A DNA stretch of 64,000 nt from Chitinophagaceae bacterium (lineage in GTDB: Bacteria > Bacteroidota > Bacteroidia > Chitinophagales > Chitinophagaceae). The notes under the pieces are model-generated. The model did no database searches. It worked only from the letters and a program-made list of their open reading frames with translations, and was not told the DNA's origin. The stretch covers positions 28,550-92,549 of the forward strand of contig JAHBTL010000027.1 in the NCBI GenBank assembly GCA_019638615.1, in the 5' to 3' direction. Made by a program: the position numbers and the translations under genes. Below, piece after piece: positions 10,012 to 19,217 of the stretch (positions are counted from its first letter, which is position 1; each line of letters starts with the position of its first letter).

Positions 10012-12000
10012 ATGAAGAAGCTATATATTATTTTCTGGACTCTTTTTCTTGGAATGAATGCAAATGCGCAAAATACGCAAGCGCAAAAGGATACTGCTAA
10101 AGTACTTGAAGAAGTAAAAGTAATTGCCATTGCGAAAAAGAAAATACAGACCGAAATGAAAATGGCTGTTACGGTGGATGAGTTCCTGGCATCTTCCGAC
10201 AATATCAGTTTTATAAAAAGGGGCGCTTACGCCTGGGAACCATTGCTCAATAACATGAGCACAGAGCGCTCTACCATCACGATTGATGGCATGCATGTTT
10301 TTGGCGCATGTACGGATAAGATGGACCCCATTACTTCCTATGTGGAAAGCAACAATCTTTCTGCTGTTGACATTAAATCCGGCCAGGAGGGCAGCCTGCA
10401 TGGTGCAACGGTTGCAGGCAGTATTGACCTCAAAAGGAAGAGTACACCATTCAGTTCAGAAAAGCAATACAGCGGCGCTTACCAAACCGGTTTCGAGTTC
10501 AATAACAAACAGTTTTTCAACCTGGGGAACCTGTCTTATTCCAGCGACAAATTCGTGGCAGACGGCAGTATCTCTTTCCGCAAAGCAGGCGATTATTATG
10601 ATGGAAATAACAATGAGGTAAACCATTCGCAATACAATAAATTCAATACCTCCGTAGGGCTTGCTTATAAAACAAGCCCGTTTTCCGCGGTAAGAGTGGA
10701 TGCTATTTTTGATAAGGCAAAAAATGTGGGCTTCCCCGCGCTTCCAATGGATCTGTGGCTTTCCAGGGCGATCATTACATCTGCCTCCTACAAACAATTA
10801 TTTCAGCACGGGTTGATAAGGGTTTGGGATACCAAGGTATATTACAATGCGGTAGAACATTATATGGACGATACCAAACGCCCGGAGAACCTGGTGCATA
10901 TGGATATGCCGGGCTGGAGCACTACCTACGGGTTGGTTTCCAGGGCCAATTTGAAGCGTGGTGATTACAGTGCCGAAATCCAACTGAACGCATACAACAA
11001 TTTATCCATTGCAGAAATGCGTATGTACCCGCAAGACCGGAGCAAACGCACCATGTTTGCGTATAGTTGGCCATGGGTTACAACACGGTTTACAAGTGTT
11101 GCCATGAATAATTCCTGGGATATTTCAGAGAACAGCCGGGTGAACTTCGGCGGTTCGCTGGGCTATAATTATAATCGTTCCAAATATGTGGAGTTTAACC
11201 GGATCTTTCACCCCGGAACAGCACAGGAAAAAAGCAGGATATTGCCGGGTTTACATGCAAGTTACGAGTTGCAGGTTAAGCAATTCAGCTTTTCTGCAGG
11301 AACCGGCTACGGGCACAGAGCGCCTTCTGTTTCGGAAGGGTACGGGTATTATATCTACAACAGCTTTGACCGCTACGATTATATCGGGAACCCTGACCTG
11401 AAAAACGAAATTTCTTACGAAGCCAATGCGAGCGCCGGGTTTAAAAATGAAAGGATGGGTATAGAAGCCAAAGTGAACTATTTCTATATTCAAAACTATA
11501 TCATCGGGAGAATTTTGAGCCTGGGAAGCCCTATGAACTACCAGTCGGTTGGTGTGAAAGGATATACCTCACTGGATCATGCCAGACTTTTCAATATGGC
11601 GCTGAATGCCAATTACAATATCCTGCAACATTTACACTGGAAGGGAACGCTCACGTATGCACGCGCAACGGATGATAAAGGCGGGAATCTGCCGTTTATC
11701 CGTCCATTAAGTTATCAAACCTCCCTTCACTTTATGTATAAAAGCATCGGTATTCAAACTTCGCTGAACGGCGATCTTACACAAATAAATTACAGCCCGG
11801 AATATGGCGAAGATCAAACGCCTGCTTATATGATCCTGAATATCTCTGCGAACTACAGCTTTAATATCAAAAATTGTAAAACTGTTTTGCAGGTGGGTGC
11901 GGAAAACTTATTGAACGAATACTACAGCACTTATGCAGACTGGGGCAATATACCCAGGATGGGACGTAATATTTTCACTTCTTTAAAATTCAGCTTTTAG
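10012..12000 (+). CDS. TonB-dependent outer-membrane receptor
   Basis: 662 aa with a signal peptide (MNANAQ), a plug-like N-terminus (ITIDGMHVFGACTDKMDP), a beta-barrel-type alternating sequence and a terminal aromatic residue (SLKFSF). Confidence 0.9.
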   Translation: MKKLYIIFWTLFLGMNANAQNTQAQKDTAKVLEEVKVIAIAKKKIQTEMKMAVTVDEFLASSDNISFIKRGAYAWEPLLNNMSTERSTITIDGMHVFGACTDKMDPITSYVESNNLSAVDIKSGQEGSLHGATVAGSIDLKRKSTPFSSEKQYSGAYQTGFEFNNKQFFNLGNLSYSSDKFVADGSISFRKAGDYYDGNNNEVNHSQYNKFNTSVGLAYKTSPFSAVRVDAIFDKAKNVGFPALPMDLWLSRAIITSASYKQLFQHGLIRVWDTKVYYNAVEHYMDDTKRPENLVHMDMPGWSTTYGLVSRANLKRGDYSAEIQLNAYNNLSIAEMRMYPQDRSKRTMFAYSWPWVTTRFTSVAMNNSWDISENSRVNFGGSLGYNYNRSKYVEFNRIFHPGTAQEKSRILPGLHASYELQVKQFSFSAGTGYGHRAPSVSEGYGYYIYNSFDRYDYIGNPDLKNEISYEANASAGFKNERMGIEAKVNYFYIQNYIIGRILSLGSPMNYQSVGVKGYTSLDHARLFNMALNANYNILQHLHWKGTLTYARATDDKGGNLPFIRPLSYQTSLHFMYKSIGIQTSLNGDLTQINYSPEYGEDQTPAYMILNISANYSFNIKNCKTVLQVGAENLLNEYYSTYADWGNIPRMGRNIFTSLKFSF

Positions 12001-12003
12001 AAA

Positions 12004-12369
12004 ATGAAAATCGTTTATAGTGTTTTATTAATGATGTTGTCTTTGCTGATAGGTTTTCAGCAGGCGATGATCGTTGTGCACTTTAAGCTGAACAGGGATG
12101 CGATAGAACAAAGATTCTGCATCAATAAAAACAACCCTGAGCTGCAATGCCACGGAACCTGTCATTTGAAAAAGCAATTGCGGGAAACGGAAAATTCAGC
12201 GTCGTCCATCATTCGTACTCATCTAAAGATTGACATATTCCCTGCCTCATTCACGGCGTTAGAATTAAAAAATCCAATAATGGATATACAGGGTAAAACA
12301 TCCATTCATAAAGAACCCCTGTATACACCACCTTACAGGGAAATCTTTGTACCGCCTCCAATCGGTTGA
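12004..12369 (+). CDS. Small membrane protein with C-x9-C-x3-C motif (paralog of 8323..8853)
   Basis: 121 aa with an N-terminal TM helix followed by AIEQRFCINKNNPELQCHGTCHLKKQLRETENS. It starts 3 nt after the receptor stop, so it is probably co-transcribed. Confidence 0.7.
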   Translation: MKIVYSVLLMMLSLLIGFQQAMIVVHFKLNRDAIEQRFCINKNNPELQCHGTCHLKKQLRETENSASSIIRTHLKIDIFPASFTALELKNPIMDIQGKTSIHKEPLYTPPYREIFVPPPIG

Positions 12370-12434
12370 CTTTCTATCATAAGCATAGTCAAAATGATCA
12401 TTAGACGATAAATTCTTAATTACAAAAAACAGAG

Positions 12435-13301
12435 ATGAAAAATTTAAGAAAATATATATGGATAGCCGTTGTTTTACCGGCATTGATATCCTGCAGCAAG
12501 GATGATAAAGATCCTGTTGCCAACAATGTTACTTTGCATTTCAATAACACTTTTAAAAACAATACTATTGTGCTGGGCAATGCCGCATCCACTACTGCTA
12601 CAACAAACACTTCTGCCGAAGGGCAGGTGCATCACTTTTCAGAATTAAAATACGTGATAAGCAATATCCGCCTGATAAAAGCAGACGGAACTGAAATCCC
12701 TTACAACATTAACGACCTGGATAAGGGCGCAACAGTTGTAAACCAGGCAAAGAACGAAACGCTGGACTATACGTTGAGCAACATCCCTTCAGGCGAATAC
12801 AAACAGATAAAATTCGGATTAGGGGTTAAGCAGGAGCTGAACACGCTGGATCAGACAAAGTTTCCAACATTTTATGCTAATGCCGGCGCTAATGAAACCG
12901 AAATGATGTGGGAATGGGGAGCGGGATACCGTTTCACAAAGCTGGAAGGTTTTTATGACAGCGACAATAAAGAAATGTCTATCCACACAGGAAGTACTGT
13001 AGAGGGAGAAGAAGGCGCATATACGCAGGGTGTTGACACCTACAGGGATATTACTTTGAACCTTACCAGCAATGCCGTGGTAGGCCGTAATGCTCCAAAG
13101 ATCACCATCAAAGCAGATTTTGATAAGCTGTTAAGCGGAAAGACTAATACAATTAAATTGACAACAGGAACAGGAATGAATGACAATGCCACACCCAATA
13201 TTCATACCGCCGTTCAAATGACAAAATTTGTTGACAACCTGGGCGGAGACGGGTTAAGCGATATTACCGGGATGTTTTCCATAGATGGTGTAGAAAATTA
13301 G
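12435..13301 (+). CDS. mbnP: MbnP-family periplasmic (copper-binding) lipoprotein
   Basis: 288 aa with lipobox LISC. It carries the family-typical strings LKYVISNIRLIKADGTEIPY and MMWEWGAGYRFTKLEG (the fYVSNvRL and WxWxxGYxFxKxEG patterns). It lies directly upstream of a di-heme peroxidase, as in MbnP/MbnH pairs. Confidence 0.7.
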   Translation: MKNLRKYIWIAVVLPALISCSKDDKDPVANNVTLHFNNTFKNNTIVLGNAASTTATTNTSAEGQVHHFSELKYVISNIRLIKADGTEIPYNINDLDKGATVVNQAKNETLDYTLSNIPSGEYKQIKFGLGVKQELNTLDQTKFPTFYANAGANETEMMWEWGAGYRFTKLEGFYDSDNKEMSIHTGSTVEGEEGAYTQGVDTYRDITLNLTSNAVVGRNAPKITIKADFDKLLSGKTNTIKLTTGTGMNDNATPNIHTAVQMTKFVDNLGGDGLSDITGMFSIDGVEN

Positions 13302-13310
13302 GATAATATT

Positions 13311-13353
13311 AAGAGCCGCCCGAAGCTCATTCCGGACGCGGCGGCTCTTTTTT
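13311..13353 (+). terminator. Intrinsic terminator-like hairpin between the mbnP-like and mbnH-like genes
   Basis: AAGAGCCGCC (13311-13320) pairs perfectly with GGCGGCTCTT (13340-13349) and is followed by a T-run to 13353. Confidence 0.6.
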
Positions 13354-13383
13354 AAAATGTTCTCTTCATTGATTGATCCCGGC

Positions 13384-14406
13384 ATGAAAAAAGTATTCTC
13401 AATTTTATCCATCTTGTTTTTGTTACAATCCTGTAACAGGGATGATATTGTTCAGCCAGTCTCTTACAACAACCCGGAACTTTCATTGAATATCCCCACG
13501 GGCTTTCCTGCATTGAACAATTCGGTAAATGCCAACAAGCCAACAAAATACGGAGTGGAATTAGGCGAAAGGCTTTTTAACGATAAAAGATTTAGCGCTG
13601 ACAACACCATTTCCTGTGCCGGTTGCCACAATAAATCAGATGCTTTTACTGATAATAATGCCCGGGCGTTAGGTATTTATGGCCGGGTCGGGCTGCGCAA
13701 TACGCCGCCCATTCAAAATATGGCGTTTATGAAGTTTTACAATTGGGATGGAAAAATTCTCCAGTTGGAAAAACAACCCCTGATTCCCATCATTACACAC
13801 GAAGAAATGAATTCTTCTATCGTAGAAGTCATTGATAAGATCAGCGATGATCGGGAATACAAGGATTTGCTCAGAAAAGCATTTGGTGATGAAAGTATTA
13901 CTGCTGACAGGATTTACCAGACTATTGCGCAATATCTATATACGCTGATCTCTGCCGGCAGTAAGTATGATAAAATAAAACGAAACGAAGGCGACACGTT
14001 TACGGAAAGTGAGGCAAGGGGTTATCAAACTTTTCAGCAGAAATGCGGGAGCTGTCATAGCACTGCACTGTTTACCGACCAGAGCTTCAGGAACGTTGGC
14101 TTTCCGTTGAATCCAAACACTGATGAGGCAGGACGAGCCAGGGTAACAGGCGTTCCCGCAGACTACATGAGCTTCAGGGTGCCTTCTTTAAGAAATATTG
14201 AATACACGGCGCCTTACGGCAGCTTTGGCCAGTTCCCTACTTTGAGATCGGTGTTGGATTATTTTGATCATGGCGTCTTGGATGCAGATAATCTCGACCC
14301 TGTTTTAAAAGAGAACGGGAACAGGATACCGCTAACGGAACAGGAAAAAGAAGACCTTATCGCGTTTATGAAAACATTGAGTGATCCCGCGTTTGCAGGC
14401 AGGTAA
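13384..14406 (+). CDS. mbnH: Di-heme cytochrome c peroxidase, MauG/MbnH-like
   Basis: Two CxxCH heme motifs (CAGCH, CGSCH) and a lipoprotein signal (LLQSC) when started at ATG 13384. Size and layout match the CCP/MauG family. Confidence 0.8.
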   Translation: MKKVFSILSILFLLQSCNRDDIVQPVSYNNPELSLNIPTGFPALNNSVNANKPTKYGVELGERLFNDKRFSADNTISCAGCHNKSDAFTDNNARALGIYGRVGLRNTPPIQNMAFMKFYNWDGKILQLEKQPLIPIITHEEMNSSIVEVIDKISDDREYKDLLRKAFGDESITADRIYQTIAQYLYTLISAGSKYDKIKRNEGDTFTESEARGYQTFQQKCGSCHSTALFTDQSFRNVGFPLNPNTDEAGRARVTGVPADYMSFRVPSLRNIEYTAPYGSFGQFPTLRSVLDYFDHGVLDADNLDPVLKENGNRIPLTEQEKEDLIAFMKTLSDPAFAGR

Positions 14407-14631
14407 TCTGAGATGACGTATCAGTAGTATTGCTGTCGTTATGTCGGTTTTCCTGAAGAATAATGTTGCCGGTAGCTCCCATAGTTCCCGACGCAAATCA
14501 CCTCTTTTTTTGACACATCCGCACCCTGGTGATTTTACCGCAACATAGTAAGTTTGACCATTAAAACATTTATTGTTGCAAAATGCAAAGCCTGCAACAA
14601 AACCAGCATTCGTTTAAAAATCAATCACATT

Positions 14632-15207
14632 ATGCGAAAACTGATTGTAGAAGAATGGGTATCCCTGGACGGGTACGTTACAGACAGAGAGGGAAAACTG
14701 GATTTTTTTACCCAATTGTCACCTGAACAAAATACTTATTCAGACCAGGAACAGTTACGGTTCCTGCAAACGCTTGATACCATATTATTAGGTCGCAGAA
14801 CGTACGAGCTTTTTGTTGACTTTTGGCCCACGGCCACAACCGATCAGGAAGCTATAGCCGATCAGTTGAATGAAACAAAAAAGATTGTCTTTTCCAATAC
14901 ACTCTCCAGGGCGCCCTGGGGCAAATGGCCGGACGCAGCAATCATCAGCGGGGAAGCAGTTCAGGCAGTTCAACATCTTAAATCATTGCCGGGTAAAAAC
15001 ATGGTGCTATGGGGGAGCATTTCCCTTGCACAGGCATTAATGAAAGAGAACCTTATTGATGAGTATCGAATACAGCTTTGCCCCGTGTTAACTGCTGGTG
15101 GCAGAAGGCTTTTTACCAGTGAAATGCAGCCTGAAAATTTAAAGCTTGTTGAAACACGGCAATACGATACCGGAACAGTCTTTTTAAATTATCAGCCGGT
15201 ATTCTGA
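14632..15207 (+). CDS. Dihydrofolate reductase-like protein (RibD C-terminal domain family)
   Basis: The internal ATG at 14632 gives MRKLIVEEWVSLDGYV..., the typical N-terminus of this family. Later motifs are LLGRRTYE and GSISLAQALMKENLIDEY. Confidence 0.75.
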   Translation: MRKLIVEEWVSLDGYVTDREGKLDFFTQLSPEQNTYSDQEQLRFLQTLDTILLGRRTYELFVDFWPTATTDQEAIADQLNETKKIVFSNTLSRAPWGKWPDAAIISGEAVQAVQHLKSLPGKNMVLWGSISLAQALMKENLIDEYRIQLCPVLTAGGRRLFTSEMQPENLKLVETRQYDTGTVFLNYQPVF

Positions 15208-15297
15208 ATAGCCTCTATTGATTTTGAGAGGTATGGTTTGCCGCTTATGATTTATAATTTCCGGCAAACCGGGCAGTATAAGTGTTTGCCTGGAATA

Positions 15298-15705
15298 TCA
15301 TAATGCTTCGGCTATTTGTTTAACTGTATTTAATGCAGATGCCCAACCTGCGGAAGCGTCATCGAAAGTTGCTTTATCTAACGGTTGAGATAATTCTTCT
15401 TTACCTGTCAGTAATGTAATTCCGTCTTTTTCGTGAAATTCATAAGTAAGGACTGCCATAACGATCTCACTGTTTGGTTCGAACAGATCATGTTTGATCA
15501 AATGCATTGGTTGAAAGTCAAGCAATGTGCCGTTTGTCAGCCTGTCTCCATCTGCCTTCCTAAAACTGAATGAACTACCAATTTTCCAATCGGTGTCATA
15601 ATACCCGCCCATTTGTTTGGTCATATCAGGATTGGTAAACACACTCCAAACTTTGTTTAATGGTGCGTTTATCTCAATGGTCGCTTCTATGATACTATTT
15701 TCCAT
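15298..15705 (-). CDS. SRPBCC/AHSA1-domain protein
   Basis: 135 aa with IEINAPLNKVWSVFTNPD at the N-terminus, characteristic of Aha1/START-like SRPBCC proteins. Confidence 0.7.
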   Translation of the reverse strand: MENSIIEATIEINAPLNKVWSVFTNPDMTKQMGGYYDTDWKIGSSFSFRKADGDRLTNGTLLDFQPMHLIKHDLFEPNSEIVMAVLTYEFHEKDGITLLTGKEELSQPLDKATFDDASAGWASALNTVKQIAEAL

Positions 15706-15745
15706 ACCAAAAGCATTGTTGCTGTAAGAAATATCAGACGTTAAG

Positions 15746-15964
15746 CTACTTTGCCTTCACTTTTGTCACTTTATACATTTTACCTTCTTTGTCATAGGTC
15801 GTCCATTCTCCAACCTGTTTGTCGTATTCACAATTTCCTGACCGTAAAAGCGTTCCATCTTTCCGAAAAAATTCCCAATGACCGTGCATCTGTCCGTTAA
15901 GTGTGGCTCCTTTTGCTTGAATTGAACCATCTTTGTAATAATATATTTTTTCTTCTACTTTCAT
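15746..15964 (-). CDS. MORN-repeat-variant (YwqK-like) small protein
   Basis: 72 aa with repeated G..G.W..Y..dG units (YYYKDGSIQAKG...GHWEFFRKDGTLLRSG...GEWTTYDKEGK). Confidence 0.6.
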   Translation of the reverse strand: MKVEEKIYYYKDGSIQAKGATLNGQMHGHWEFFRKDGTLLRSGNCEYDKQVGEWTTYDKEGKMYKVTKVKAK

Positions 15965-16052
15965 ATTTTACTTCTATACAAACTGAGGGTTGCATTTTAC
16001 AATGACCGTTAACTCAATGGTCTTATATTTTCCCTGTCAAAATATTCTACTT

Positions 16053-16505
16053 TCATTTGCCCTGTAACTGTTCCGCCAGCCCGATCAGAAGTCCTTCAAC
16101 TCCACGAATGTAGCATAGCCGGTATATATCTTTATAGTTAACAATTTCGTCAACAAGTTCTGCACCCTGCTTTGAAAGCCTGGACACTAACTCGTCAATA
16201 TTGTCAACTTTGAACATAACTCTCAGGTATCCCAAAGAATTAACAGGCGCTGTTCTATGGTCAGAAATGGTTGTGGGTGTTATAAACCTTGACAGCTCAA
16301 GCCGGCTGTGCCCGTCAGGTGTAACCATCATCGCAATTTCCACGGATTGATTTCTAAGTCCTGTTACCCGTCCCGACCATTCGCCTTCCACCATTGCCCG
16401 TCCTTCAAGCGTCAGTCCAATTTCCTTGAAAAATGATATTGCGTTATCGAGGTTTTCCACAACAATACCGACATTGTTCATTTCAAGTAGTTTACTTCTT
16501 TCCAT
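16053..16505 (-). CDS. VOC/glyoxalase-family protein
   Basis: 150 aa. NNVGIVVENLDNAISFFKEIGL is the typical first beta-alpha-beta-beta-beta module of glyoxalase/bleomycin-resistance folds. Confidence 0.7.
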   Translation of the reverse strand: MERSKLLEMNNVGIVVENLDNAISFFKEIGLTLEGRAMVEGEWSGRVTGLRNQSVEIAMMVTPDGHSRLELSRFITPTTISDHRTAPVNSLGYLRVMFKVDNIDELVSRLSKQGAELVDEIVNYKDIYRLCYIRGVEGLLIGLAEQLQGK

Positions 16506-16515
16506 ATCTTGTTTT

Positions 16516-16908
16516 TTAAAACATTCCGTTTTCGTTTATCATATTTTCGGGAACAGCTTGTCCAAAATCCCAAAGCTCAACAATCTTGTCATTGTCAAAA
16601 CGAAAGATGTGCATTACCGCTGCTCCCAAATCATTTTTTGTTTGCCTGACACGGGAATGAACCGCAACTAAATCTCCGTCTTCCAATGCTCTTTGAATTT
16701 CAAAAATTTTATCAGGGTTTTTCCTGCCATTTTCTTCCATTGCCGTCATCAAAGTATGCCCGTCCCCTTTGAACCAGGCATTATGATGCTTAAAGTTATC
16801 CGAAACGTACAATTCAAACGCTTCTCCTGACTGTCCTTTGGAAGCGAGTTTTAAAAAATCCTGTGCTATTTCTTTCTTTGTAGCCATATTCATTTGCTTT
16901 GAGTACAA
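16516..16908 (-). CDS. SnoaL-like/NTF2-fold protein
   Basis: 130 aa with the FRFDNDKIVELWD C-terminal motif common in SnoaL-like polyketide-cyclase-fold proteins. The start could be an internal Met. Confidence 0.6.
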   Translation of the reverse strand: MYSKQMNMATKKEIAQDFLKLASKGQSGEAFELYVSDNFKHHNAWFKGDGHTLMTAMEENGRKNPDKIFEIQRALEDGDLVAVHSRVRQTKNDLGAAVMHIFRFDNDKIVELWDFGQAVPENMINENGMF

Positions 16909-17120
16909 ATTTAAAAGCTCTCTTTTTTAATCAACTTTGCATAAGACAAGAAATTCAAACCCATCCCTGCTAACCCAACGCTAAAAGAACAACCTGCTCA
17001 ACAGGTGAATGGCCGGCATGAGCATCTGAAATTGACAATTCATTTTTTAACAACAAAGGAGGTTGTGCCATAAATTTGGGAGTAGTTAATCAGTACCATA
17101 TTATTCTTCTGCCGTTAATC

Positions 17121-17525
17121 CTAATTTTTAATTTTAAAACCTTTGTCCAGCTCCATCGCTTCTTTTATCAGCCCGGTCAAAGCGGGAACATCAATTTCAT
17201 CAACAGATTGATACACTTTGTAGAAAATCTGCCTGTTTGTTCCGTGTTCCAGATAGTTGTTTTCATCTTTCAGGCGATTACCATACCAAAAGCCGAAGAA
17301 TACACCGCTTTTTACCCCGCTTCGGGGGACGGATGCGGGAAATATCAGGCAAATGGATTTGTTGCCGTAGAAAAACGGAACATTATAAGACAGCTTCTCT
17401 TTTCCGTACCCGTTTAAGGTTTCTGTTGTTATCTGACGCAGTATATCAGTTAACAAGGCTTCCTCTTTTGGAAGAAATTCAAATAATTCTACCAACGACC
17501 GGAATTTCACCTGCGCTTTTGCCAT
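17121..17525 (-). CDS. DUF1801 (YdhG-like) domain protein
   Basis: 134 aa. The pattern EKLSYNVPFFYGNKSICLIFP resembles the DUF1801 family. Confidence 0.55.
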   Translation of the reverse strand: MAKAQVKFRSLVELFEFLPKEEALLTDILRQITTETLNGYGKEKLSYNVPFFYGNKSICLIFPASVPRSGVKSGVFFGFWYGNRLKDENNYLEHGTNRQIFYKVYQSVDEIDVPALTGLIKEAMELDKGFKIKN

Positions 17526-17548
17526 TTGTTTAAGCTGTGCTTTGCTTG

Positions 17549-18076
17549 TTATGAATCTTTTTTCTTTTTTAGCATTAATAATAACCGGTCCAGATTTTTA
17601 AGATGTGAAGAGAAACCTCTTTTGTGACTGTCTGTCGCCATTCTCTCAAACATTTCGGGGCTTCCGTATTTTTCAACTATTGTTACGAGTGTTTTGCTCC
17701 CGGCAGATGTCGGGATCTCACCGAAAGTAATGCTGCATTCGGTAGGTAAAAATTCAGGGTTAAGTGTTCCGCTTTCGTTGCTAAAAGTCCTTAGTTCAGT
17801 AATGCTTTTTTGTGGTTCGATTTTTTTATAGTCATACCGGCTCCAGTGTTTATTTCCCTCAGGGCTTACTATTGCGTAATGCCAAAAACCGCCTTCATGA
17901 AAATCCATTGTTTTGGTTTCGGTTCTGTAAGGATTTGGAGCACACCATTGATCGAGCAGTTCGGGAGTTGTCCACGCCAGCCAGACCAGTTCAAGGCTGG
18001 CATTAAATTCACGCTTTATGTGAATGGTATTGTTTTCTTTGTTTACTACAAAGTCAAATAATAATGCTGATTTCAT
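17549..18076 (-). CDS. SRPBCC/AHSA1-domain protein (tandem paralog of 18370..18873)
   Basis: 175 aa. LLFDFVVNKENNTIHIKREFNASLELVWLAWTTPELLDQW aligns by eye with the 18370 product. Confidence 0.75.
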   Translation of the reverse strand: MKSALLFDFVVNKENNTIHIKREFNASLELVWLAWTTPELLDQWCAPNPYRTETKTMDFHEGGFWHYAIVSPEGNKHWSRYDYKKIEPQKSITELRTFSNESGTLNPEFLPTECSITFGEIPTSAGSKTLVTIVEKYGSPEMFERMATDSHKRGFSSHLKNLDRLLLMLKKKKDS

Positions 18077-18130
18077 TTTACTGCTAAATTGATTTATTCA
18101 TTTCGTAAGCGTCACCATAAACTATGCTCG

Positions 18131-18340
18131 CTATAAAAGCTGTTCACATATATGTTCCTGTTTATGCAGAAGAGAGACAATCTCTTTCGCGGAGATATCT
18201 GCCCCCTCTACTCTCAATATTTTATCACGATCATGCAGGTCGAAATTTATTCTGAAATGAGGAAATTGCTCATTCAAAATGCAAAGCATTTCCTTAGCCC
18301 GGTTTTTCTTCATCACATCAGTTTTAAAAACTTCAACCAT
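18131..18340 (-). CDS. Small hypothetical protein
   Basis: 69 aa ORF that fills the gap between the two SRPBCC paralogs on the same strand. No motif recognised. Confidence 0.45.
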   Translation of the reverse strand: MVEVFKTDVMKKNRAKEMLCILNEQFPHFRINFDLHDRDKILRVEGADISAKEIVSLLHKQEHICEQLL

Positions 18341-18369
18341 CTGTGTTGTATTAAGTGATATAAAAATAT

Positions 18370-18873
18370 TTATTGCTGCGATAAAGCTGCCAGCAGGTTT
18401 TCCAGGTTTTTCAATGTTGCGGTAAATCCTTCTTTGAAGCCCATCTCAATCATTCTTTCCATCCGTTCAAGAGAATCATTATATATCGTAATGAACACTT
18501 TTGTGATTCCGTTATGTTCGGAAAAGGTCAAATCCCAATTTGAGCCTGGCAAATGTGGATTTTCATCTTTGTCTGCAAAGACACTAAAATATTTAAAATT
18601 GGTTTTTGGGCTTATTGAAGTAAAATCCTGAATCTGCCAGCCTATTTCCTCTCCTTCAGGGCTGACCATTGCGTAAAATCTACGCCCGCCTACTTTAAAG
18701 TCCATTTTTTTTGTTTTCGATAGGTAGGGAGCGGGCGCCCACCATTGGTCTAGCAGTTCGGGTTGGGTAAAAGCGTCCCAAACCAAATCATGTGGTGCGT
18801 CAAACTCCCGTTTGATGTGAACGGTTTTGTTTTCTTTATCTACGGTAAAGTCGAATAATAAATTGCTGTTCAT
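18370..18873 (-). CDS. SRPBCC/AHSA1-domain protein
   Basis: 167 aa with [43 protein letters not shown]. Confidence 0.75.
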   Translation of the reverse strand: MNSNLLFDFTVDKENKTVHIKREFDAPHDLVWDAFTQPELLDQWWAPAPYLSKTKKMDFKVGGRRFYAMVSPEGEEIGWQIQDFTSISPKTNFKYFSVFADKDENPHLPGSNWDLTFSEHNGITKVFITIYNDSLERMERMIEMGFKEGFTATLKNLENLLAALSQQ

Positions 18874-18894
18874 CTTTTATTGTTTTATTTAAGA

Positions 18895-18932
18895 AACCAA
18901 TCAGTTGCAAATATATGGGCAACCTTTTGGTT
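18895..18932. promoter_or_regulatory. Nested imperfect palindrome immediately upstream of the SRPBCC gene cluster
   Basis: The sequence is AACCAAtcaGTTGCaaatatatgGGCAACcttTTGGTT. The outer arms are AACCAA/TTGGTT and the inner arms GTTGC/GCAAC. It lies 22 nt upstream of the start at 18873. Confidence 0.4.
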
Positions 18933-19217
18933 CCTCAAATTTTTTCCGAAAAATTTTTGATCATGCTTTTTTAATGTTCGCTTTGCGGAAAGGACACCTT
19001 CTTATCAGGCTAAGGCTGGATACAAACTTTCTGCTTGCTGTTCATCACATCTGCCCGGCTTATTGCAGATAAAGATCACGCAGGAATAATTGCACGCTGC
19101 TGTTAAGCAGCGAAAGCCTTCGCAACGACTTTACTGCAAGGCTCAAATAAGTTATTGGTTCAATTTGGGAGGAAAAGAATAGTTGTTCCTGTATCGTTGC
19201 AAGAGAATTGGCGCTGG

